32,000 nt of DNA. It comes from Candidatus Electronema aureum (GTDB lineage Bacteria > Desulfobacterota > Desulfobulbia > Desulfobulbales > Desulfobulbaceae). Positions 8,610-15,456 of this stretch are shown in pieces (the first letter of the stretch is position 1; the number at the start of each line of letters is the position of its first letter). The notes under the pieces were generated by a model. That model saw only the letters and a list, made by a program, of their open reading frames with translations, did no database searches and had not been told where the DNA came from. A program made the translations under genes and the position numbers. The stretch is taken from positions 30,001 to 62,000 of the forward strand of contig NQJD01000005.1 in NCBI GenBank assembly GCA_004284765.1. The letters are read 5' to 3'.

Positions 8610-9251
8610 ATGGCAAACAATGGCAAGAAGCTGTCCGCTTTAGAAATTCTTCATACTGGGCCGGTGGTGCCGGTGGTGGTGCTGCGCAACGCTGATCACG
8701 CCGTGCCATTGGCCAAGGCACTGTTGGCGGGCGGCATCCGGGTGGTGGAAATCACTCTCCGCAGTGCAGCTGCGTTAGAAGGCATCCGGCGCATCAGCGC
8801 AGAGGTGCCTGAAATTATTGCTGGAGCAGGTACTGTACTGACTTCGGATGACCTGCGAGCTGTGGCCCAAGCAGGCGGGCAGTTTGCCATCAGTCCAGGT
8901 CTTACCCCTGCCCTTTTTGCTGCTGCTCATGACGGACCGATTCCTCTGATTCCCGGCATTGCTACGCCCTCCGAGCTGATGCTCGCCCAAGAACGCGGCT
9001 TCACCGAGCTGAAGTTTTTCCCGGCAGAAGCAGCAGGCGGAGTGGAGATGCTGAAGGCGTTGCACGGCCCTTTTCCTCGGATCACCTTCTGTCCTACTGG
9101 CGGTATTTCGCAAGAAAATTGCAAGAATTATCTCTCGCTTTCCAATGTTTCCTGCGTCGGAGGCTCTTGGATCGCTCCGCCGGAGTTGATTGAAAAGGGT
9201 GATTGGGATACAATCTCGGAGCTGGCCGTGAACGCAGCGTCAGGCAACTGA
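8610..9251 (+). CDS. eda: 2-dehydro-3-deoxyphosphogluconate / 4-hydroxy-2-oxoglutarate aldolase
   Basis: PVVPVVVLRNADHAVPLAKALLAGGIRVVEITLRS, FKFFPAEAAGG and CPTGGI are typical KDPG aldolase motifs. An AAGGAG RBS is present. Confidence 0.85.
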   Translation: MANNGKKLSALEILHTGPVVPVVVLRNADHAVPLAKALLAGGIRVVEITLRSAAALEGIRRISAEVPEIIAGAGTVLTSDDLRAVAQAGGQFAISPGLTPALFAAAHDGPIPLIPGIATPSELMLAQERGFTELKFFPAEAAGGVEMLKALHGPFPRITFCPTGGISQENCKNYLSLSNVSCVGGSWIAPPELIEKGDWDTISELAVNAASGN

Positions 9252-9427
9252 GCAATCAGTAAAAATTTACAGCAGAAACATCAGCTGTTCAATCAGTTTC
9301 AACCACTGTTTTAGTTGACAGATGAACGGTTAGCCTTTATTGTGTATTGTTGAAAATGCGGATGATAATGGTGGTATAAATTGTACGCACCTGTTGTATA
9401 ATGTCAAACTAACTCATGGGGTGATCA

Positions 9428-9991
9428 ATGAAGAAGAAAAACATGCTTGGCCTGTTGTGCGGTCTTTTGCTTACTGTTCCTACTTTAGCTTTTTCTCAAT
9501 CTTTTAGCCGAGATGCAAATGAAGTTGCTGATGCCATTGCTCGCTCTTCGGTACGCACCATTTATAACAATCTCCGGGCCGACGGTATTTCTTGGAAGAA
9601 AATTCGCGATGTACACATGCCGAAAATATTGACCAAGTCATTACGCACCATTCAGCAGAATTATTCCAGCGAGGTGATTCTGAACGATTTCCTCCCTACT
9701 CTGCTCCGCTCCTACTACAGCGAAATTGACAAGATCAATCGAGAAAATCGTATCACCTGTGTAGATGCAACTTTTATTGTCAGTACGATTGTACCTTTTA
9801 TCCGTGAATGTGAAGTACAACTGGGGCATTGGAGGATCACTGTCACACAGGTGGTTGACATGGTGCTGAATATTTCTTATCCCTACCAAGTGTGCAGCAC
9901 AGATTGTAAAACTAAGGTAAAGAAAGAATTTTCTTCTGCCTTTAGTTACAATTTTCCAGCGTCCAAGTTCAGTAAAATCTGCTCTGAATAA
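9428..9991 (+). CDS. secreted hypothetical protein (signal peptide, 6 Cys in the mature part)
   Basis: Signal peptide MKKKNMLGLLCGLLLTVPTLAFSQ. GC is lower than the flanks. No recognisable family. Confidence 0.55.
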   Translation: MKKKNMLGLLCGLLLTVPTLAFSQSFSRDANEVADAIARSSVRTIYNNLRADGISWKKIRDVHMPKILTKSLRTIQQNYSSEVILNDFLPTLLRSYYSEIDKINRENRITCVDATFIVSTIVPFIRECEVQLGHWRITVTQVVDMVLNISYPYQVCSTDCKTKVKKEFSSAFSYNFPASKFSKICSE

Positions 9992-10039
9992 GTAACAAGT
10001 TTGGATAACCCAAAACAAAAGAACAACAAGGAGTCAGCT

Positions 10040-10633
10040 GTGATAAAAAAAATAGCCTTATGCGGTGCGCTGCTTACTGTCTTTCTGCTGCACGGATTTT
10101 CAGATGCTGATGCTGCCAGACAGAGTAGTTTTTATAAAATGGCGAAGAAAACCTCCTCAACGCTCGTTTCCAGTTCATGGAATAGCTTGGGTAAAGACTG
10201 CCACCAAGCGGACAAGCTGGTGCAAATCATCGGCGACGGCGTTGATCGAGTTACCAGAGACCTGCGCAACAGGCGATTCAGAGGTCAGATGGCTGTGGAC
10301 TTCGGTAACGGCTACATTGAAGGCTTAGTCAGCACCTTGGATGACATTGTCAATCAGTGTTCCAATCAATGCAGTATCATCGGCCAAGCATCAGGTGAGT
10401 GGTCATCAGAAATCTTCTGCGCCGTATCTGAAGTTATTGGCAATCCAGCGAAGTTTGATGGTCTTATGGACAGGCCAAATATCGTCTGCGGCGAAGCGTA
10501 CCGCATGAGTTGTGAGTCCACCTTTGTCGGTCAGTGCAACAGCATCTGCCCGCAATACAACAAAGGCAAAAACTTTGACACCTACTATCCGGCCAGCACA
10601 GGCGGATGCTGCTCATATGATGTCCGGGATTAG
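10040..10633 (+). CDS. secreted cysteine-rich hypothetical protein
   Basis: The GTG at 10040 is preceded by AAGGAG (7-nt spacing) and opens directly into a signal peptide (VIKKIALCGALLTVFLLHGFSDADAA). The mature part has about 12 Cys (NQCSNQCS, VCGEAYRMSCESTFVGQCNSICPQY, GGCCSY). The track start at 10001 is also possible. Confidence 0.55.
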   Translation: MIKKIALCGALLTVFLLHGFSDADAARQSSFYKMAKKTSSTLVSSSWNSLGKDCHQADKLVQIIGDGVDRVTRDLRNRRFRGQMAVDFGNGYIEGLVSTLDDIVNQCSNQCSIIGQASGEWSSEIFCAVSEVIGNPAKFDGLMDRPNIVCGEAYRMSCESTFVGQCNSICPQYNKGKNFDTYYPASTGGCCSYDVRD

Positions 10634-10662
10634 TTTTCTACCTGCAATCAAGTGAACATACA

Positions 10663-10692
10663 GGGGGAACAACCGTTCCCTCTTCTTTATTT
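10663..10692 (+). terminator. rho-independent terminator candidate after the Cys-rich gene
   Basis: GGGGGAAC / GTTCCCTC stem with an AACC loop, followed by TTCTTTATTT. Confidence 0.55.
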
Positions 10693-10706
10693 AACAGGAG
10701 AGAACA

Positions 10707-12005
10707 ATGTTGAACTTTGCAAAGAAGTCAACCGTGCTAACCGTCTGGGCTGCCAGTCTATGTTTATGCGGCACAGCGTGGAGTAATCCGCACGGACTGA
10801 GCAGCAGCGGCCATTGGGCACTCCATCTGCCCTTTGATCTGGAGCCTTCTGAAATCGGTGGTGGCGCGAGAGCGTTGGGTATGGGCAATGCCTTTGTTGC
10901 TGTGGCAGATGATGTGCGAGCTGCTACTGTCAATCCAGCAGGCTTGTCAGCACTTCAACAGCTTGAGCTTGCCGCTGATCTCAGCTATTCGTCCTACGAG
11001 ATGGAATATATGGACACGCAAGCTGCGGTCAATAACATCGGAGTAGGGCCTGCTTTAGATGAAATCAGCACGTTTGACGACACTGTCACTGGCTTGTCTT
11101 TTGCTGGTGCGGCAATTCCGATCATTCCTGATCGATTCACCGCTGCTTTGTATTATCGTAGTTCCGCTGTTGAAGCCAACGATAGCCAGAACTCTGGGCC
11201 ACAGTCTGTTTTTAGTTCACTGAACGTTCGCCAGCAGAATATCTCAGAGAAAAGCATTGATGAATACCTGAAAAACAGCTACGGAGCAGCTGCTGCGTTC
11301 AAGTACAGCAAGATGCTTTCTTTCGGTGCAGGCGTTAGCTTAGAAACACTCAATGCCGACATGCGCGAGATGTGGACAACGAATAATTTCAACGGTAGCA
11401 CGCCTTATTCTTCACTCAGCTACGGTGGAAGAATCGAAGGTGATGACACTGATTTCGGCTTTAACTTAGGCGTAATGGTCACACCGATTTCAGGTGTATC
11501 GACTGGCCTCTCGTATCGTACAGGAAGCTCGTTTAGTATCGATTACACCAGTATGGACATGGATTGTGACAGTCTGGGTCACTGCCAGAACGGTGAAGAG
11601 AAATCACAAGCTGCCTTTGATACCCCGGATATCTGGAGTGCAGGCGCATCTTGGCAGCCAGCTGCTGATTGGCTCCTCTCTGCGCAAGCAGATTGGGTCG
11701 GGTATTCAGCCCTGGCTGATTCAACCACTACAGGCATCACGTTAGACGAGGATATTGATGACGAGGTGATTCTTCGCTTTGGTGCAGAAAAGACCTTTGC
11801 TATGGTCAACGATATGAACTATCAGCTGCGGGCGGGCCTGTTTCACATACCGGATCATGACGGCTTTGCAGCTCTGGATTCAGATCGGATGCACTACACG
11901 TTGGGTGGTGGTATGACGTGGAAGAAACAGATCAAGGTTGATCTTGGTACCAGCTTTTCCGAAGACACCTTCAACAGTGTGCTCTCGCTGACCTACAGCC
12001 TGTAA
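10707..12005 (+). CDS. outer-membrane beta-barrel transport protein, FadL/OMPP1/TodX-like
   Basis: Signal peptide present. The N-terminal GGGARALGMGNAFVAVADDVRAATVNPAGL resembles the FadL-family hatch motif. The rest shows an alternating amphipathic pattern and ends LSLTYSL. An AGGAG RBS is present. Confidence 0.65.
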   Translation: MLNFAKKSTVLTVWAASLCLCGTAWSNPHGLSSSGHWALHLPFDLEPSEIGGGARALGMGNAFVAVADDVRAATVNPAGLSALQQLELAADLSYSSYEMEYMDTQAAVNNIGVGPALDEISTFDDTVTGLSFAGAAIPIIPDRFTAALYYRSSAVEANDSQNSGPQSVFSSLNVRQQNISEKSIDEYLKNSYGAAAAFKYSKMLSFGAGVSLETLNADMREMWTTNNFNGSTPYSSLSYGGRIEGDDTDFGFNLGVMVTPISGVSTGLSYRTGSSFSIDYTSMDMDCDSLGHCQNGEEKSQAAFDTPDIWSAGASWQPAADWLLSAQADWVGYSALADSTTTGITLDEDIDDEVILRFGAEKTFAMVNDMNYQLRAGLFHIPDHDGFAALDSDRMHYTLGGGMTWKKQIKVDLGTSFSEDTFNSVLSLTYSL

Positions 12006-12023
12006 GCAGTTCTTTTCCAAACA

Positions 12024-12048
12024 AGGGGGCAGAACAACTCTGCCCCTT
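12024..12048. terminator. hairpin between the convergent OMP and Roco genes
   Basis: GGGGCAG (12026-12032) pairs with CTGCCCC (12040-12046), flanked by AAG/CTT and followed by CTGTGTTTCTCC on the + strand. Confidence 0.45.
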
Positions 12049-12085
12049 CTGTGTTTCTCCCCGCAGAGCAGGTTTATTCTGCCCT

Positions 12086-14170
12086 TCATCCCCGCCATGT
12101 CTTATACCGCTGCCAAGCTGCCTCGCCTACTGCTCTTAGGTTGATGCCAAAGCCGAAAAGCTCTGGCTCGGCTTTGAGATTCTTGCCTACCACATCAAGA
12201 AACGACTCCTTATCTTTTAAACCGTTAGGCACATTCTCCAGCAGCTTCAGCATCTTTTCCTCATCCACCGTATCGAGCAGCTCGCGTACCTTATATGCCT
12301 GCTTCGAGCCTTCTGGGATGTACTTTTCTATGCCTTGTTCAGCATAGTTGAGCAGCGTATTGTAATCAGCAGTGCGCTCTGGGTCATCAGGCATCGGCAC
12401 CCGCTCGCTCACCTTCAGACCAGCAAAGCCGGTGTTGATTTCTCGGAGCGTGAGCATGATCACAGTGAGGAAGGCTTTACGCTGCGTGCCTGTCACCGCG
12501 ATATGAATACGCCGGGTCTCGTTATCCGCCCGCACCACTGCGGTTGCTTCGAGCAGCGGATTTGCCAAGACAACGCCGCTCCGCCAGCGCAGCTTGTCCT
12601 TGATTTCGTGGTGCCGCTTGACGATGAAGCGCGGCATGACCGAAGGCGGTAGAAAGTCCTCATAATGGAGGACAAAGCGGAGCGCGTCCTCGCGCTTGAA
12701 ATCAAAGGACGGCTCTGACACATCGAGGAGCTGGGGCAGCAGAACCTCTTTGGCATTGAGTTCGTAGCACAGCTCGAACTTCTTCATCAGGTTGATGATA
12801 AAGATGTAGTCGTTTCGTTCATAACGATAGTCGTCACCCTCCTGCCATGCCAGTATCTCCTTGAGCGCATCTAACTTGAGCAGCCCTTTGCCTGCGGCAA
12901 TCAACTCGGCATTGATAATTTTATACACCGCGCCTGTCACCCACTTTGGATCAAGGATGTTGTTGCCGTCCAGCTCAAATTCATCAAAGTGAATGACAAT
13001 GCCGAGATCGTGCAGGAAAGCAGCCAGCACATTGCGGCTGATCTTACCGCTCACGCCTGCTTCCCGGCAGACTGCCTCGAACTGCTCATAGCTGATGCGC
13101 GGCTCGTTCATCTGCTCCAGCTGCGCCTTTGCTCTGAACCAACTCGTAGGCCATTCATTCTTGGTCAGAGGGACGTTGTTCAGCTCCTCGCACAGTGCTT
13201 GCTTGAAGGCTTCGATGCCGTTGCCAGTGTTGCAGGAAGTCTTCCAGAAGCCCTTGATGAACGGGTATTTCTCTTTCAGAAAAGGCCGGTTAAGATCAAA
13301 GCCGGGATTGGTGTCATACTTATTCAGCACAACTAAGACCGGTGAGCCACCGCCGAAGCTCTCAATATACCTCAGCCAGTATTCGGGCCGCTCGTCACGC
13401 CTGCCATCGAGGACAAGAACATACAGGCTGCGGCGCGAGAGGAAAAACTGGTGCGTGGCGTGCATGATCTCCTGTCCGCCAAAGTCCCAGAGCTTGCAGC
13501 GGATGTGCTGGCTGCCGGTATCGAGTTGCCAGTCCTTGATGCGGATGCCGTGAGTGGTGGCCTCGTGCGGATTGAACCGCTCATCGCGCAGGCAGCGGGT
13601 GAGCGAGGTCTTGCCCGACGCGCCTTCGCCTATAAGAATGATCTTGACCTCAGCTAATGTCTGCCCGCCTTCTTCGAGCGAGGTGAAGTATTCGCGAATG
13701 GCTTCGATGCCTTGGACAGCGAGTTCGTAGGGCGGGGAGATGAGGGGGTTGTTGCGCAGGTAAAGCTCTCTTAACCTGGGTAGCTGAACGATCTCCGGCG
13801 GGAGACTGGTAAGCTGGTTGTAGCGAAGGTTAAGCCAGGTGAGATTGGTCAGCTCAACAATCTCACCTGGCAGGGTGGAGAGATGGTTGTTGCGGAGGTC
13901 AAGCGTGGTGAGATTCTTCAGCTCAAAGAATTTTTGCGGCAGGATAGAAAGCTGGTTATCGTAAAGCAAAAGCACTTGCAGCTTGGTTAGCTGAAAGAGT
14001 TCTGGCGGCAAGGAGGTAAGTTGGTTGCCATTAAGCCAAAGCCCATATAGATTCGTTAGCTGAAAGAATTCTGGCGGCAGCTCGGTCAAGCCTTGATTGC
14101 TCAGTTCAAGCGTCGTTGCCCCTGTCTCCGCCGCCTCTTTAATCAGCTGCAACGCTTCTTCTTTGCCCAT
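12086..14170 (-). CDS. Roco-family protein: LRR - Roc GTPase - COR, plus ~110-aa unassigned C-terminal tail
   Basis: Five to six 23-aa LRRs (LTELPPEFFQLTNL..., LTSLPPELFQLTKL...). Roc G-motifs are GEGASGKT (P-loop), WDFGGQE (switch II) and VLNKYD (G4), followed by a COR-like region. The start MGKEEA at 14170 follows GGAGGAA. The longer track ORF reads through the upstream palindrome (RDTTCRVPT) and is rejected. Confidence 0.85.
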   Translation of the reverse strand: MGKEEALQLIKEAAETGATTLELSNQGLTELPPEFFQLTNLYGLWLNGNQLTSLPPELFQLTKLQVLLLYDNQLSILPQKFFELKNLTTLDLRNNHLSTLPGEIVELTNLTWLNLRYNQLTSLPPEIVQLPRLRELYLRNNPLISPPYELAVQGIEAIREYFTSLEEGGQTLAEVKIILIGEGASGKTSLTRCLRDERFNPHEATTHGIRIKDWQLDTGSQHIRCKLWDFGGQEIMHATHQFFLSRRSLYVLVLDGRRDERPEYWLRYIESFGGGSPVLVVLNKYDTNPGFDLNRPFLKEKYPFIKGFWKTSCNTGNGIEAFKQALCEELNNVPLTKNEWPTSWFRAKAQLEQMNEPRISYEQFEAVCREAGVSGKISRNVLAAFLHDLGIVIHFDEFELDGNNILDPKWVTGAVYKIINAELIAAGKGLLKLDALKEILAWQEGDDYRYERNDYIFIINLMKKFELCYELNAKEVLLPQLLDVSEPSFDFKREDALRFVLHYEDFLPPSVMPRFIVKRHHEIKDKLRWRSGVVLANPLLEATAVVRADNETRRIHIAVTGTQRKAFLTVIMLTLREINTGFAGLKVSERVPMPDDPERTADYNTLLNYAEQGIEKYIPEGSKQAYKVRELLDTVDEEKMLKLLENVPNGLKDKESFLDVVGKNLKAEPELFGFGINLRAVGEAAWQRYKTWRG

Positions 14171-14235
14171 TGTCTTGTTCCTCCGTGGGTGTTTTTGCCG
14201 CAACCATGTAGGGACACGACATGTCGTGTCCCTAC
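14171..14235 (-). promoter_or_regulatory. conserved leader plus perfect 28-bp palindrome upstream of the Roco gene (module copy A)
   Basis: GTAGGGACACGACATGTCGTGTCCCTAC (14208-14235) is a perfect palindrome. The sense-strand leader TTGCGGCAAAAACACCCACGGAGGA is near-identical to copy B at 15045-15107. Confidence 0.8.
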
Positions 14236-14265
14236 GGCCTGTCATCATGCCTCGAACGAATCTTG

Positions 14266-14398
14266 CTCCATAACCTATGCAACGCAAAGAGGATACCACT
14301 ATCCTCCTCAAGAGCATAACGTTATCCTCTTTGGGAGCATAGTACTATGCTCGGTAAGAGCATAGCGTTATGCTCCGCATGAGCATCGCGGCATTCTG
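14266..14398. repeat. tandem array A: six units at a 23-bp period, each an 18-bp (imperfect) palindrome of GAGCATAnnnnTATGCTC type
   Basis: Unit starts are 14266, 14289, 14312, 14335, 14358 and 14381. Units: ctccataacctatgcaac, gaggataccactatcctc, gagcataacgttatcctc, gagcatagtactatgctc (perfect palindrome), gagcatagcgttatgctc, gagcatcgcggcattctg. Spacers are 5 nt. Confidence 0.9.
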
Positions 14399-14461
14399 TT
14401 CAAAACACAGCAGCAAGGGAAAGTCAACGGCAAAGTGGTACGGGCAGGACGGCAAGGGTCG

Positions 14462-14701
14462 TCAGGCTCTCTTTGCCTGCGTGAAATCATAAACAGGGAT
14501 ATGCAGCATCTTGACCGGCTCGGTCTTCTTTTGGGCGATCTCCATCAGCATGTCCGCAACAGCCGGAGAATACACTTTCTCGCCGCAATGTGCGCAGACA
14601 TCAGCCGGAACATGCTCAACCAGCACATAGGCTTCCTCATCGTCATAGCTGAACGTCACTGTGCCGCTTCTGAGCGGCCCTCCGCAGAACACGCATCTCA
14701 T
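14462..14701 (-). CDS. YgiT-type zinc-finger protein (MqsA-N-terminal-like antitoxin without an HTH domain)
   Basis: MRCVFCGG...ADVCAHCGEKVYS has the CxxC...CxxC YgiT pattern. An AAGGAG RBS lies inside the upstream gene. The start overlaps the DUF4258 stop (ATGA). Confidence 0.8.
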   Translation of the reverse strand: MRCVFCGGPLRSGTVTFSYDDEEAYVLVEHVPADVCAHCGEKVYSPAVADMLMEIAQKKTEPVKMLHIPVYDFTQAKRA

Positions 14702-15005
14702 TGCCGGTGTCTCCTTGTCTTTCCTTCAATCCACTCTTCAGCATCTGGTTCGTATGCAGTGACAACGACCACCAGGGGCGGCAGTGTGATCAGCACGTGC
14801 AATGCTCTGCCCAGCCACGTCATCCCGCATATCAGACAGCTTGGGAGTATTTGTCGTGAGGATACTCTTCGATGATCTCGTCATGCAGCACAACAGCTTC
14901 CATCTCTTCTCGCCTGATCGAACGCTTGATCATCCTCTTCACGGCATGGTCAGAGAACTTGTAGTTTCCCGCCCTGATCTGCTCACGTATTGCATGGATG
15001 TCCAT
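14698..15005 (-). pseudogene. DUF4258-family toxin gene interrupted by a 1-nt frameshift
   Basis: Not in the ORF track. Frame 1 reads MDIHAIREQIRAGNYKFSDHAVKRMIKRSIRREEMEAVVLHDEIIEEYPHDKYSQAV*. The next frame continues SCLICGMTWLGRALHVLITLPPLVVVVTAYEPDAEEWIEGKTRRHRQ*. The total of 308 nt is not a multiple of 3. Adding one C to the CCC run (14843-14845) restores DKYSPSCLI and a 102-aa DUF4258-like protein. Confidence 0.75.
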
Positions 15006-15017
15006 ATTGTCTAATCT

Positions 15018-15044
15018 TCATCGCAAGGATTCTTCTTTGTCCAT
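15018..15044 (-). other. 8-codon mini-ORF (MDKEESLR*) occupying the start-codon position of module copy B
   Basis: It follows the conserved GGAGGAG RBS. Its first 15 nt (ATGGACAAAGAAGAA) match the Roco start ATGGGCAAAGAAGAA at 14 of 15 positions. It stops 12 nt before the DUF4258 ATG, which has no obvious RBS of its own. Whether it is translated is unknown. Confidence 0.3.
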
Positions 15045-15107
15045 AGCCTGCTCCTCCGTGGGTGTTTTTACCGCAAACTGTAGGGGCGAAAAATTTTTCG
15101 CCCCTAC
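15045..15107 (-). promoter_or_regulatory. conserved leader plus perfect 28-bp palindrome upstream of the toxin-antitoxin pair (module copy B)
   Basis: GTAGGGGCGAAAAATTTTTCGCCCCTAC (15080-15107) is a perfect palindrome. The leader TTGCGGTAAAAACACCCACGGAGGA matches copy A. Confidence 0.8.
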
Positions 15108-15162
15108 AATGGTGCCATCATAGCTGCGTCCGTCCTCTTTTCATCCGCCTTGGCAAACTAAG

Positions 15163-15337
15163 AACCATAGCCTATGCACGGTGCAAACCATAGGCTATGC
15201 TCCCTGCGAGCATAAGCTATGCAGCGCAAGAGCATAGGTTAAGCTCGATGGGAGCATAACGTTATCCTCTGTACGAGCATAAGCTATCGAGGCAGGCTCG
15301 ATAAGCTGTCCGAACGCTGCTGCATAGCCTATCGAGA
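15163..15337. repeat. tandem array B: eight units at a 22-23-bp period, same palindromic family as array A
   Basis: Unit starts are 15163, 15186, 15208, 15230, 15252, 15275, 15297 and 15320. Units include aaccatagcctatgcacg, aaccataggctatgctcc, gagcataagctatgcagc, gagcataggttaagctcg, gagcataacgttatcctc (identical to the third unit of array A, at 14312), gagcataagctatcgagg and ctgcatagcctatcgaga. Confidence 0.85.
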
Positions 15338-15456
15338 CAGCCGGGCAGCCTGTGGCGAAAGAGGGAGCTGGAGGGAGGAGCGCGGCTCAGGCAGCCGCTG
15401 GCGGGAGAGGCTGCCTGCTCTGGCCGCCCCTCCGCATCAGGCAGGAGGCAACGGGG

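Noticed and set aside
8195-8721. 143-aa and 77-aa minus-strand ORFs spanning the eda / NifU-like divergent intergenic region
   Set aside because: They overlap the better-supported NifU-like and eda genes and their intergenic region, and they show no motifs or RBSs.
14093-14365. The + strand ORF (90 aa) and the N-terminal extension of the Roco ORF (to 14317) that read through the palindrome and repeat array (…RDTTCRVPT…, …EHNVILFGSIVLCSVRA)
   Set aside because: The translation is an artefact of reading through palindromic or tandem DNA. There is no RBS, and a well-placed GGAGGAA-ATG start exists at 14170.
14435-14875. 146-aa + strand ORF
   Set aside because: It is antisense to the recognisable YgiT zinc-finger and DUF4258 genes, has no RBS, and has no recognisable motifs.
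14266-15337. The two repeat arrays as CRISPR arrays or integron attC sites
   Set aside because: The period is only 22-23 bp, with 4-5 nt between units, so there are no unique spacers. No cas or integrase gene is in the window. attC sites are single imperfect palindromes at the 3-prime end of cassettes, not phased multi-unit arrays upstream of genes.
15378-15418. Hairpin CAGGCAGCC-N12-GGCTGCCTG after the gltD-like stop as a terminator
   Set aside because: No U-tract follows on the relevant (minus) strand. It may be structural, but I cannot support a terminator call.
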